NCBI GenBank assembly: GCA_013287605.1
Contig: JABDDM010000001.1
Coordinates: 24,833 to 88,832, forward strand
Length of the DNA: 64,000 nt
Direction: 5' to 3'
From: Ignavibacteria bacterium
GTDB taxonomy: Bacteria; Bacteroidota; Ignavibacteria; Palsa-1295
In this document: positions 27,965 to 37,250 of the stretch, piece after piece
Layout: the number at the start of each line of letters is the position of its first letter
Numbering within the stretch: position 1 is the stretch's first letter
Made by a program: the position numbers and the translations under genes
The notes under the pieces: model-generated
What the model was told of the DNA's origin: nothing
Seen by the model: only the letters and a program-made list of their open reading frames with translations
Database searches by the model: none

Positions 27965-29326
27965 TCAGTTGAATGCTCGATCGATCAAGAGTTGCGCTTC
28001 CTCGGGTGTAGGTGCTTCAGCGATAAGCCGGATGATTGGTTCAGTGTTTGATGCACGTGCGTGAAGCCAGTAGCGTTCAAAATCAAATCGAATGCCGTCT
28101 TCTCGGTTGATTGATTTTGCTTCGTTAGAAAAGATCTTTTCCAGACGAGCGAGAAGCTCTCCAACTTGAGCGATACTCGTTAAGTCAATACGCGACTTTA
28201 GAATCGTGTATTGGGGCATCGATTTTTTCTTTTCGCTTATCGAACCGTTGAAACTTGCGAGCGCGCTGAGCGCGAGAGCGACACCAACAAGAGAATCTCG
28301 ACCAAGATGCACAGAAGGCAGGATCACTCCACCGGAGCCTTCACCACCGATCACTGCGCCAAGTTCTTTCATCCGTTTGGAGACATTGATCTCGCCCACA
28401 GGAGTTCGAATCACTTTCGCACTATAACGCTTGGCAACATCATCCACAGCGCGTGTTGTCGATAGATTGACGACGACCGTAGCACCCGGTTTCTCGTGCT
28501 TGAGCACTTGTTCGCAGGCGAGCACGATCGTATTCTCCTCAATGAATGGCTCGCCATTCTCCATCATGAGCACAAGTCGATCTGCATCAGGATCTACGGC
28601 AATTCCCATGTCCGCCTTGTGCTCAAGTACCGCCTTCGATAAACTCGTAAGATTTGCCGGGATGGGTTCAGGACGATGGGGAAATATTCCGGAGCCATCG
28701 CAGGCGATCTCAATTACTTCCGCTACGCCGAGGGCTCGAAGCAATTCAGGATGCACACGAGAACCACTCGCATTGACAGCATCGAGGACAACACGAAATT
28801 TTCTTTTCGCGATAGAAGCTCGATCGACATATTTATTGCTCAACACCGCATCGATATGTGCGCGAACCGTCGATTCACCTTCTCTGATTGAACCGAATGA
28901 TTGCTGAGCAGCAGTATTGCGAACGTCACAGTCGACGATACTCCACAATTTTTGGTTTTCTTCGGCATCGAGAAAAAGACCCGTAGATGCAATGAACTTC
29001 ATTCCATTCCATTCGCCCGGATTATGGCTGGCTGTAATAACGATGCCGCCTACGACACCCTCTATATGTTCGGCCGCCATTTGCACTGTCGGCGTTGGGA
29101 CCATACCGAGCGCAAGCACATCACAACCAGATGTTCGCAGCACAGCCAACGCAAGATCATAGAAAACGCGGCCTCCGACTCTACCATCATATCCGAGTGC
29201 AACGGCACCACGATTACCGAGCAACTCGGCGAAGGCAAGCGCATATCGGGAGACCACTTCTGCGCTGAGACCGTCGTTATCGATCCCGACGGTCCCTCGA
29301 AGTCCTGAAATACTGCGAATGAGCAA
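27965..29326 (-). CDS. glmM: phosphoglucosamine mutase-like alpha-D-phosphohexomutase
   Basis: Active-site ITASHNPGEWNGMKF, metal-binding VDPDADRL, and GGEGSGG. The track ORF runs to 29524 and overlaps floA by 190 nt. I place the start at TTG 29326, 7 nt after the floA stop, giving N-terminus (M)LIRSISGLRGTVG. Confidence 0.8.
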   Translation of the reverse strand: MLIRSISGLRGTVGIDNDGLSAEVVSRYALAFAELLGNRGAVALGYDGRVGGRVFYDLALAVLRTSGCDVLALGMVPTPTVQMAAEHIEGVVGGIVITASHNPGEWNGMKFIASTGLFLDAEENQKLWSIVDCDVRNTAAQQSFGSIREGESTVRAHIDAVLSNKYVDRASIAKRKFRVVLDAVNASGSRVHPELLRALGVAEVIEIACDGSGIFPHRPEPIPANLTSLSKAVLEHKADMGIAVDPDADRLVLMMENGEPFIEENTIVLACEQVLKHEKPGATVVVNLSTTRAVDDVAKRYSAKVIRTPVGEINVSKRMKELGAVIGGEGSGGVILPSVHLGRDSLVGVALALSALASFNGSISEKKKSMPQYTILKSRIDLTSIAQVGELLARLEKIFSNEAKSINREDGIRFDFERYWLHARASNTEPIIRLIAEAPTPEEAQLLIDRAFN

Positions 29327-29333
29327 CGTCCGA

Positions 29334-30359
29334 TTAGGTGTTTGGTGTGAGTGGTCCGGGTGGATTGGATCCTGTTCCTTCAGGCGTTGTCCCCTCTGAG
29401 ATCGATCGTCGCATATTCGTATCGGCCTGGATGTTTTGCATGTTGTAATAATCCATAACGCCAAGCTTGCCAGACCTGAAGGCTTCGGCGATGGCAAGAG
29501 GAACCTGTGCTTCAGCTTCAACAACTTTCGCTTTCATCTCCTGCACACGCGCCTTCATTTCCTGTTCGAACGCCACCGCCGCGGCGCGGCGCTCTTCTGC
29601 GCGCGAACGACCGATCTTGAGTTCAGCTTCCGCCTGATCGCTCTGCAGTTTTGCTCCGATGTTCTCGCCGATGTCCACATCAGCGATATCGATCGAGAGA
29701 ATCTCGAATGCGGTGCCGGCATCAAGTCCCTTGTCGAGCACGGTTTTGGAAATCCTGTCAGGACGTTCAAGCACTTCCTTGTGTGAATCGCTTGAGCCGA
29801 TCGTTGTAACAATACCTTCACCGACACGCGCGAGGATCGTAGCTTCGCCAGCGCCGCCAACGAGACGGTCGATATTCGCGCGAACTGTAACGCGAGCCAC
29901 CGCTCGAACCTGAATTCCATTCTTGGCAACAGCAGGTACAGCCGGTGTTTCGATTACCTTCGGATTGACGGACAGCTTAACAGCTTCCAGGACATCGCGT
30001 CCGGCAAGATCAATTGCAGTGGCGCGATTAAAATCAAGATCGATGTTTGCTTTGCTGGCGCTGATGAGTGCGTTGACAACGCGAGGTACGTTACCACCCG
30101 CGAGATAATGTGCTTCCAATTTCGAAATATCGACAGGGATTCCAGCTTTCTGCGCGGTTATCGCCGCACGAACGATCACATCGGGCGGCACCTTGCGTAA
30201 GCGCATGCCGAAGAGATCGCTGAAGATCCGAACGCGAACGCCGGAGCTAAGAGCGGTGATCCACAGACCAAGGGGTACGAAATACAGAAAAAAGAGAAGG
30301 AAGAAAAAGCCTGCGATCACGATGAAGATCGCGAGGCCACCGATAGATTGAAAATTCAT
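29334..30359 (-). CDS. floA: flotillin-like protein FloA (UPF0365/YqfA, SPFH domain)
   Basis: N-terminal TM hairpin then [46 protein letters not shown], typical of FloA. ATG at 30359. Confidence 0.85.
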   Translation of the reverse strand: MNFQSIGGLAIFIVIAGFFFLLFFLYFVPLGLWITALSSGVRVRIFSDLFGMRLRKVPPDVIVRAAITAQKAGIPVDISKLEAHYLAGGNVPRVVNALISASKANIDLDFNRATAIDLAGRDVLEAVKLSVNPKVIETPAVPAVAKNGIQVRAVARVTVRANIDRLVGGAGEATILARVGEGIVTTIGSSDSHKEVLERPDRISKTVLDKGLDAGTAFEILSIDIADVDIGENIGAKLQSDQAEAELKIGRSRAEERRAAAVAFEQEMKARVQEMKAKVVEAEAQVPLAIAEAFRSGKLGVMDYYNMQNIQADTNMRRSISEGTTPEGTGSNPPGPLTPNT

Positions 30360-30411
30360 AACCGGAGAAAGAAGATGTGATAAGAGGTGCAATATAGCTC
30401 CTCGCCCACAA

Positions 30412-31260
30412 TCAGGAAATGACAGGCTCGCGGCGAATCACCCAGGATTCTTTGAAAACAACCTGCCGCACTTCAGGCAGTGACCTTCCCAGAAAACGCT
30501 CACCGATCCGCTGAAATTTGCGCGGGACATCGCTGACCAGCATGAGATGTTCAGGTTCAGATTCATCTCGCACACTTGCGTTCGTCCATTTCTTAACCTC
30601 TCGTGCAGCGACGGCTCCTGAATTGATGAGTCTTACCTCAGGTCCCATGATCCGCTGAATCACCGATTCAAGCACAGGGTAATGCGTGCAGCCAAGTATC
30701 AATGTATCGACTGCATCAGCGATGAGCGAAGCGAGATACTCTCGCGCAATGAGCTCAGTCGCTGCGTGATCGGTCCACCCTTCTTCTGCGAGAGGCACGA
30801 ACAGCGGGCACGCTATGGATGTGGCCTGGATTGAGCGTTGGAGACGCTTTGCTTCCCGCTCCAATGCGCGTTCGTAGGCACCACTCGCCACTGTTCCTTC
30901 AGTGCCAATAATACCGACACGGCCATTGCGCGTTGAACCCGCAGCCTCTTTCGCTGCCGGCTCGATCATGCCGATCACTGGAATTCCATTCGCGGCATGC
31001 AACACTTCATCCATTCCGATCGCGCTGACCGTATTACAAGCGATCACCAGCAAGCGGACATCATGCGCGAGCAGCAACTCCGTATCCTCTCGCGCGTAAC
31101 GCTGAATGGTCTCCACCGACTTTGAGCCATAAGGCAGTCGGGCAGTGTCGCCAAAATAGACGATACGTTCGTTCGGGACGGAAGCGAAAAGTTCTTTGAC
31201 TACGGTAAGTCCGCCAATTCCAGAGTCGAAAACGCCGATCGAATAGGTTGAAGGATTCAC
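30412..31260 (-). CDS. murI: glutamate racemase
   Basis: [13 protein letters not shown], the catalytic Cys contexts IACNT and LGCTHYP. Confidence 0.95.
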   Translation of the reverse strand: MNPSTYSIGVFDSGIGGLTVVKELFASVPNERIVYFGDTARLPYGSKSVETIQRYAREDTELLLAHDVRLLVIACNTVSAIGMDEVLHAANGIPVIGMIEPAAKEAAGSTRNGRVGIIGTEGTVASGAYERALEREAKRLQRSIQATSIACPLFVPLAEEGWTDHAATELIAREYLASLIADAVDTLILGCTHYPVLESVIQRIMGPEVRLINSGAVAAREVKKWTNASVRDESEPEHLMLVSDVPRKFQRIGERFLGRSLPEVRQVVFKESWVIRREPVIS

Positions 31261-31263
31261 GTA

Positions 31264-31905
31264 TTAGTGCGTGGTAGGGGGCGTTGTCGGAGGCGTTGTA
31301 GGAGGCTTGTTGGTAATTGCTGGTGGTGGCATCGGACGCATTTGCGGGTCTGCAGCCTTTGCCATCGGCATGAGTGTACTAACGACCATTCGCGTAACGT
31401 ATCCCTGCAATTCCATTGGAGCAGTTGCAAGACGAGATTGCGCATCAGTCATTTTTTTCCCTGCAGGCGTCTTCAGGAATTTTACATAAGCGTGCAACTC
31501 CTCAGCGGAGAAAATGCTCCGGTAGGTCTCGAACAGCGATTCGCGATCATGCGCAGTATCGATAACTCCGGTGACTGCTTTCCACGCTGCAATCGAATCG
31601 ATGCCATGACTCTTGAGCCTTGTATAAGTCGAAACGAACTGACGCGTGGTTCGCTCCATGATCGACTCCTTTGGCTTTACGATCTGAAAAATCTCTTCGA
31701 ATGCCCTCTGGAATTCTGTACTATCGGCATAGAGCTTCTTCGGAATGCCATGTCCGGGCAGCAGTGCGCGCCCGGGAATATGATGCAAGCTGTCCGAGCT
31801 AATCGTTTTGCTCTTGGCACCGGGAGAACCGGGCTGGGCAGAAGCACTTGAGAGCGCGGCAAACATCAAGATGAGAAGAAGTGCCAACCAGCTTCGAATA
31901 TTCAT
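31264..31905 (-). CDS. periplasmic DUF2059-like protein with Pro/Thr-rich tail
   Basis: Signal peptide ..SSASAQ from ATG 31905. FSAEELHAYVKFLKTPAGKKM resembles the DUF2059 signature. Tail is PPPAITNKPPTTPPTTPPTTH. Confidence 0.6.
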   Translation of the reverse strand: MNIRSWLALLLILMFAALSSASAQPGSPGAKSKTISSDSLHHIPGRALLPGHGIPKKLYADSTEFQRAFEEIFQIVKPKESIMERTTRQFVSTYTRLKSHGIDSIAAWKAVTGVIDTAHDRESLFETYRSIFSAEELHAYVKFLKTPAGKKMTDAQSRLATAPMELQGYVTRMVVSTLMPMAKAADPQMRPMPPPAITNKPPTTPPTTPPTTH

Positions 31906-31964
31906 ATGAAAAGATTTCACCCGTGTTATGTTAATCCGCTCTACACAATAATAAGTGACAGCTC

Positions 31965-32717
31965 CTACGATGCGCGATCACTGCTTAACGTCCGCCACAA
32001 GTTATTCGTGAAAACCTCGAAACTTGTTACAGGATGCACTTCCCATTGCGAGCCACGGCTTCTGCCAACTTCGCTCGCATGTTCCTCGTCCCACAAAAGC
32101 CAACCGGAGACGCGAACTTGCGGATGATCAAGCGCTAAGCGTTCGAGATAACGCAAACGCCACTCAGGATGAATCCTTTTCCACCGAGGCGTCATCTCGA
32201 CGACGACTGAATGCTGTTTGTCCGCAGTTGGCGTAGCACCGATCCAGATATGATAATCACGAAGCGAGTCGATGCGTCCGTTGCAGCTCTCTAGTCCCGA
32301 CTCTTTCGCGTAAATGAGATACCCAGTCAGTCGTGCGCCGATCGACTCCATGCTCTCAAGGTACTTTTGCGATTCACCCGAAAATTCCGTGCGATGCTTC
32401 CGACCTTGAGGATCGAGCAGATTGTGACGCAGAGCGATGATTTGATCCACGTCATATTCATCCAGTTTTTTCGGAAGCGATGCCCGATTCTTCTGTCGAT
32501 TGAGATCCGGATCGCCGCCCGTACCTTCCGGAGGAATGCCATCCAAAATACGAGGCGCAACACTCTCCTCGGTCGTTGCAACTATTGGCGATTTCGAAAA
32601 TTTCGTCGCGAGAATGATTAACCCAATGAGCAATACAAGCGCGCCAACCACGTAGAGAATACGCGGATCGAAGCGAGATGGCCGCTGGCGTTTCGGGCGT
32701 TTCATTGGGTTTGGCAT
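31965..32717 (-). CDS. membrane-anchored hypothetical protein with Cys/His/Asp/Glu-rich C-terminal domain
   Basis: Basic N-terminus, one TM helix (ILYVVGALVLLIGLIILA), then a soluble domain with ESCNG, DYHIWIG, VVEMTPRW, WLLWDEEH and WEVHPV motifs. I do not recognise a family. Confidence 0.65.
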   Translation of the reverse strand: MPNPMKRPKRQRPSRFDPRILYVVGALVLLIGLIILATKFSKSPIVATTEESVAPRILDGIPPEGTGGDPDLNRQKNRASLPKKLDEYDVDQIIALRHNLLDPQGRKHRTEFSGESQKYLESMESIGARLTGYLIYAKESGLESCNGRIDSLRDYHIWIGATPTADKQHSVVVEMTPRWKRIHPEWRLRYLERLALDHPQVRVSGWLLWDEEHASEVGRSRGSQWEVHPVTSFEVFTNNLWRTLSSDRAS

Positions 32718-32802
32718 TGGGACGAGTCAACAGATGCTGAACAGAAACGGTGCAATTAACTTGGATGTCGCTCCTGTTTAACGAGTAGAAGACTGATCAC
32801 CA

Positions 32803-33057
32803 ATGGCAAAAAGACGAGAGAAACCACCATTCGCTCTATACCCTCCAAACCTGACGATCCCTGATGTTCGCGATGGATTAACGCAGCTCGAGCGAACGAT
32901 CCTGTTCGTGCTTTATCGGCTTCGTGACGAGTATGGTGACCGGCACATCCCTACTGCTCTGGTCTTCGGACGTGTGGTTGAACTGCTGGATGTATCGACC
33001 GAACAATTCACCCTTGCGCTCGCAAGCGCACAACGTAAAGAATCAGCGAAGAGGTAG
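32803..33057 (+). CDS. hypothetical small protein (84 aa)
   Basis: ATG-initiated ORF in an otherwise empty interval, divergent from the 250-aa gene. No recognisable motif. Confidence 0.4.
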   Translation: MAKRREKPPFALYPPNLTIPDVRDGLTQLERTILFVLYRLRDEYGDRHIPTALVFGRVVELLDVSTEQFTLALASAQRKESAKR

Positions 33058-33092
33058 GGTACTCCGGGCGCGCACATGGTACTACGGGAGTC

Positions 33093-33242
33093 TCAATGCC
33101 AGTCGATAATAATGCAGGCTGCGAGGAAGAGGAACATGAGTGTCACCCAGACTCCGATGCCTATATAAAGCACTTTACGAAAGCTTCGCTCGCTCGGAGT
33201 GAGATCAGGCACCGGTGGAAACGGCGAAGCAGCCTGTACCAT
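33093..33242 (-). CDS. candidate unannotated 49-aa membrane protein coupled to coxIV
   Basis: Hand translation gives MVQAASPFPPVPDLTPSERSFRKVLYIGIGVWVTLMFLFLAACIIIDWH. Its ATG overlaps the coxIV stop as TAATG (33244-33240, minus strand). One TM helix. Below the ORF-track cutoff. Confidence 0.45.
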   Translation of the reverse strand: MVQAASPFPPVPDLTPSERSFRKVLYIGIGVWVTLMFLFLAACIIIDWH

Positions 33243-33556
33243 TAGAACAGCCAATGAGGCTGGAATGCCCATTCAAGCGAGAGGAACGTGATGAGGATTC
33301 CGGCAACGATGAGTGGCACGTACGCGATAATACTCAAAAACTTCGCGTCGTACTTCAAGTGCATGAAATATTGCGCAACGAGTCCAGCTTTCACAAGGGC
33401 CAGCGCGACGAGCGCAATGACCATCGCTTTGTGCGGAAGTCCCGCCTGCGCGATGATGACCTCGATCGCCGTAAGAATGATCAACGCAATAAACACCGCC
33501 ATGTAATTGGGGTGCGTGTGCTTGCTGCTTTCGGAATTTGCCTGAACTTCTGCCAT
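33242..33556 (-). CDS. cytochrome c oxidase subunit IV family protein (prokaryotic COX4 type)
   Basis: ~100 aa with 3 TM helices. HPNYMAVFIALIILTAIEV and AQYFMHLKYD match the bacterial subunit IV family pattern. Confidence 0.8.
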   Translation of the reverse strand: MAEVQANSESSKHTHPNYMAVFIALIILTAIEVIIAQAGLPHKAMVIALVALALVKAGLVAQYFMHLKYDAKFLSIIAYVPLIVAGILITFLSLEWAFQPHWLF

Positions 33557-33577
33557 CGTATTGAATTTCTTTGGGCC

Positions 33578-34408
33578 TCAGATGAGGTAAACAAGCGTAA
33601 AAAGAATAATCCAGATGAGATCGACAAAGTGCCAGTAAAGGCCGGCCACTTCCACCAGTCGAGGCAGATCCGACTTCTTCATCAACCACTTCAACCCCAT
33701 GAACATCGACAGGAGCAGCGCTCCATACAGCGTACCGATGATCGAGGCAAGCAGTGTGTCGAGACTGAAAAACGTAATGATCGCCTGCCGAATGCCGAAT
33801 GCTAGTGCAACACTCGCCACGAGTATCACCAGATCCCACTTTCGCTTTCCATAGGGTCCAACGTTCGCTGCAATTGCCAGTGCCGATAGATAGACGACTC
33901 CAGCAAGCACGTGCATTCCATGGAAGCCGGTCAGGATAAAGAATGTCGCATCGAACAGGCTGTGCGGCATCTTCAGCCCTTCGTGGTGGATCAGCTTGTT
34001 GTATTCGGTAAATTGAATTCCCATGAAGATCGCCCCACCAATCGCCGTTGCGATAAGCCAGCGCGTCATGTTTTTCTTGTCACCGCTTGTGATGGACTTA
34101 AGGCTTTGCACCATCGTGACGCTCGAGCAGATCAGGATGAACGTGTTGACTGCAGTGAGGTTGATATTAAGCGGATTCGGTTCGATGCCCGCTGCTGGAT
34201 GGGTCATCCCAGGCGCGGGCCAGATCTCACCTGCTCCAATGCGCACGGAAAGATAGGCGGCGAACAGGCCGAAGAATGCCAGAGCATCCTGGCACAGAAA
34301 GAGCCACATGAAAATCTTCCCGCTCCATATGCCCGTGCTCGTATCCGCATGAGAATGCTCGAGCACCTCGCCGACTTCTACATCATGATGCAACGCTAGT
34401 TCAGACAC
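33578..34408 (-). CDS. ctaE: heme-copper oxidase subunit III
   Basis: FFILTGFHGMHVLAGVVYL and GLYWHFVDLIWIILFTLVYL are signature subunit III motifs. GTG start at 34408. Confidence 0.9.
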   Translation of the reverse strand: MSELALHHDVEVGEVLEHSHADTSTGIWSGKIFMWLFLCQDALAFFGLFAAYLSVRIGAGEIWPAPGMTHPAAGIEPNPLNINLTAVNTFILICSSVTMVQSLKSITSGDKKNMTRWLIATAIGGAIFMGIQFTEYNKLIHHEGLKMPHSLFDATFFILTGFHGMHVLAGVVYLSALAIAANVGPYGKRKWDLVILVASVALAFGIRQAIITFFSLDTLLASIIGTLYGALLLSMFMGLKWLMKKSDLPRLVEVAGLYWHFVDLIWIILFTLVYLI

Positions 34409-34486
34409 CGTTTTTCGAAGTTAGAATAACACCGACTTCAACCGATCTTAGGGCACACTTACTTCTTCCTGGACGGAATAGATTAG

Positions 34487-34494
34487 CAAATATA
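34487..34494 (-). promoter_or_regulatory. candidate Bacteroidetes-type -7 promoter box (TAnnTTTG)
   Basis: The minus strand reads TATATTTG about 80 nt upstream of the coxIII GTG. This is a motif match only. Confidence 0.3.
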
Positions 34495-34648
34495 ATCACG
34501 TCGCGAATCCAGCATCCATTCTGGAACTTGTACCGGTGGCAATTCGAGTGGATATTGACGTTCTTTCACCGGCGTCCGGGGTGCAGAATTCACTCAAAAG
34601 CGACGTCATGATTCATACCAGATTCATAAAACGGTTCATTGCACGAAC

Positions 34649-36010
34649 GTGTTTTCGCGTGCCACACTCATCACAGATCGACCGAGGATCTTGTCAACTT
34701 ACTCTCACGCGATCACTGGCTTTTTCAGCGATACGTTTCGGAGCCTTCGGCATCGAAACTATCGTCTATTCTTCTGGGGGCAACTGATATCACTCGTTGG
34801 CACCTGGCTGCAAAACACAGCCCAAGGTTGGCTCGTGTACTCGATCACTCATGATTCGCGAACGCTCGGGATCATAAGCTTTGTCGGCTCCGCTCCGATT
34901 CTTTTTCTTTCGCTCTACGCCGGGACAATCGCCGATGAACTCCCAAAGCGAAAACTTCTCATCATTACTCAGGCCGCATCTGGCGTTCTTGCATTTGTAC
35001 TCGCCGGAGCGATCTGGGGAAATTTTGCCACGGTTGTTGTGATCGGCGTTATCGCATTCATGCTCGGGGTAGTCAATGCGTTCGACCTCCCGACACGTCA
35101 GGCGTTTGTTATCGAGATGGCAGGCAAAGAGGATCTGACGAACGCCGTGGCGCTGAACTCTGCGATCTTCAACGGTGCTCGTCTGATCGGGCCTGCGCTC
35201 GCAGCGGAGATCATTGCGTTCACCTCCATTCCAATTTGCTTTTTTCTGAATGGAGTCAGCTACATTGCGGTCATCGTCGGACTCATGATGATGCGATTCA
35301 CGAATGAGAGACGGAGACGCCCCTCCAAAAAAATCTCGCGTTTGAAATCAATGCGAGTGGGGCTTGACTATCTTTTCAGCAATCCTCAACTTCGGGCACT
35401 AATGGTGCTGGTGGTTGCGATGACGATCTTTGGTTGGTCTTACACCGTGAACCTGCCTGTGGTCGCTGGAGAGATCCTGAAGGGCGATGCCTCGACGTAC
35501 GGCCTGCTTCTTTCCGCAAATGGCCTGGGTGCGCTGCTGGCCGCTCTCAGTCAGGCTGCATTTGCCGGCAGGCTCGTTGCACGCAAAATGGTCTTTTTCG
35601 GAATCGTCGTGTTCGTGCTTTCGCTCCTCGCGATCGCATTCATTCACGTTTATTGGGTGATACTCCTTTCTCTTGTCGGCACCGGATGGGGCATTATCAC
35701 TTTTTTCATTACCGCCAATACTACTCTGCAGCGTCGGGTACCCGACGACCTTCGTGGCAGGGTGATGGGGATCTACTCGCTCTCGTTTGCCGGTCTTTTC
35801 CCGTTTGGGAGTCTGTTCGCCGGGTACCTAGCGCACCAGTTCGGGCTTTCGGCGGCATTCGCAATCAACGCTGGTGTCCTGACAGTGATCGCTATCCCGG
35901 TGTACTTCTTTGTGAGAAAATTGCCGATTTTGAGCGTAGCACCAAACATTTCTGAGGTTGTGCTAGGCGAAGTTCCGACGATTCAAGAAGAGACGATTGT
36001 GAAGGGATAA
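34649..36010 (+). CDS. MFS transporter (MFS_3 / EntS-like exporter family)
   Basis: 12 TM helices. N-terminal FRSLRHRNYRLFFWGQLISLVGTWLQ is typical of this subfamily. GTG start at 34649; the start is uncertain. Confidence 0.85.
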   Translation: MFSRATLITDRPRILSTYSHAITGFFSDTFRSLRHRNYRLFFWGQLISLVGTWLQNTAQGWLVYSITHDSRTLGIISFVGSAPILFLSLYAGTIADELPKRKLLIITQAASGVLAFVLAGAIWGNFATVVVIGVIAFMLGVVNAFDLPTRQAFVIEMAGKEDLTNAVALNSAIFNGARLIGPALAAEIIAFTSIPICFFLNGVSYIAVIVGLMMMRFTNERRRRPSKKISRLKSMRVGLDYLFSNPQLRALMVLVVAMTIFGWSYTVNLPVVAGEILKGDASTYGLLLSANGLGALLAALSQAAFAGRLVARKMVFFGIVVFVLSLLAIAFIHVYWVILLSLVGTGWGIITFFITANTTLQRRVPDDLRGRVMGIYSLSFAGLFPFGSLFAGYLAHQFGLSAAFAINAGVLTVIAIPVYFFVRKLPILSVAPNISEVVLGEVPTIQEETIVKG

Positions 36011-36159
36011 ACCCCACTATTCCCCACGAATAGAAAAGGTGTTCGAGCGCTTGCTTCCCGACAAAGGATGTATTATATTGCGTTATAGAAGAGTGCTTTA
36101 CGGCTAAGAAAGAGGGATGCGCCTCGAACTTAGCGTCTTGATTTAATCTGCCCAAAATT

Positions 36160-36549
36160 ATGCTTGCTCGTCAGAGTCTAGCGATAGACTTACCCCCCGG
36201 TTTTCTGGGAGTGTTCATCGGCATTGCCTTCGGCTTTGTGATCGGTCTGTTTTATTATCAGACTTATCGAAAGCCGTACTTCTGGCTATACTCCATTTCG
36301 AGCAGCATTGCCGCTGCCGAAATCGCTCCCCTGATCATTCGATTTGTTCTGCATGTTGATGTGACCAGCTTGAACGGAACGATCATCCAGTTCGGATCAG
36401 CCCTGGTCGCTGCGATCCTTGCCAACCACATGATCTTCCGCATGAATAAGCGCTACAAGACAAAGCTTCGCAGCTCGCGGAGACGTAATTACGCGAAGGA
36501 CCTTGCGGTTGCACACTCGCCAAGTACAGCAACCATTAACAGACTCTAG
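36160..36549 (+). CDS. hypothetical membrane protein with basic C-terminal tail
   Basis: 3 TM helices and a Lys/Arg-rich tail. Followed 27 nt later by a strong terminator. Confidence 0.6.
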   Translation: MLARQSLAIDLPPGFLGVFIGIAFGFVIGLFYYQTYRKPYFWLYSISSSIAAAEIAPLIIRFVLHVDVTSLNGTIIQFGSALVAAILANHMIFRMNKRYKTKLRSSRRRNYAKDLAVAHSPSTATINRL

Positions 36550-36575
36550 TAGCGGAATCCTATTTATTTGGACCT

Positions 36576-36605
36576 AAACCCGGCGCAGCACCTGTGCCGG
36601 GTTTT
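36576..36605 (+). terminator. rho-independent terminator
   Basis: aaacccggc (36576-84) pairs with gccgggttt (36596-604), with an inner cag/ctg extension, followed by a T-run. Confidence 0.8.
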
Positions 36606-36682
36606 GCTGTTCGAAGTGCACCAAACTTCGCAGGGGAGAGTTGGCTTCTTACAGTTCGAAATTGATACCTAATTATCGCCGC

Positions 36683-37066
36683 ATGATCCGTCCGTCCATT
36701 CTACCCTTTGTCGCGCTTTCCTTTGTGCTCTCCATGGGTTGCAATACCAGCAGTGTGCTCGTGCCGGAGTACATGACCGTGAGTCCGAAATCGCTTGTCT
36801 TCGCGAACCCGGACACGTTGCACACGGTAGCACTAACTCATTCCTGCACCTGTCCAATCAGTTGGACGATTCTCAAGCCCGACAGCGTCAAGTGGATCCA
36901 TGTGAATTCAAGTGCCGTCGGCGATCAGGGAAAGTTTCCTGTTTCGATCGATCGGTCATTGCTGGTTCGAGATACGAGCATTAGCTATCTCTTTATCACC
37001 ACGGGCGAGTACAAGACTCAGAGCGGCAATTCGTTTGACACCGTCGTGATAACCGCCTTTCGGTAG
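36683..37066 (+). CDS. lipoprotein with Ig-like (BACON-like) domain, hypothetical
   Basis: Lipobox LSMGC after ATG 36683. A single ~100-aa beta-sandwich-like domain (LVFANPDTLHTVAL..W..KFPVSIDRS..). Confidence 0.65.
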   Translation: MIRPSILPFVALSFVLSMGCNTSSVLVPEYMTVSPKSLVFANPDTLHTVALTHSCTCPISWTILKPDSVKWIHVNSSAVGDQGKFPVSIDRSLLVRDTSISYLFITTGEYKTQSGNSFDTVVITAFR

Positions 37067-37164
37067 GGGGCTGCGGGTTTTTATGTGGATGTAGTGTTCG
37101 AATTGGTCCTCAGACCATCATCTCATTAAGGACCCTCCATCTCAGTAATTCTGGCTATAAAGCC

Positions 37165-37195
37165 GAACACACTCGCTGATTAGGCGAGTGTGTTC
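37165..37195. terminator. hairpin between convergent genes (probable bidirectional terminator)
   Basis: Perfect 12-bp stem gaacacactcgc/gcgagtgtgttc with a 7-nt loop. The flanking U-tracts are weak. Confidence 0.5.
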
Positions 37196-37250
37196 TAAGG
37201 AAAGGTTTGACCGTTAAACGGTAGACCTGAATCGAAACGACTTAGAAGAA

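Noticed and set aside
33215-33839. Two overlapping ~190-aa ORFs (33215..33805 + and 33273..33839 -) across the cox genes
   Set aside because: They overlap coxIII/coxIV, which carry diagnostic motifs in a different frame or strand. They have no motifs of their own.
4613-34494. Treating the three TAnnTTTG matches (4613-4620, 13132-13139, 34487-34494) as strong promoter evidence
   Set aside because: A motif with 6 specified bases is expected about twice by chance in the ~8 kb of correctly oriented intergenic DNA here, and clear -33 elements are missing. They are reported only as low-confidence candidates.
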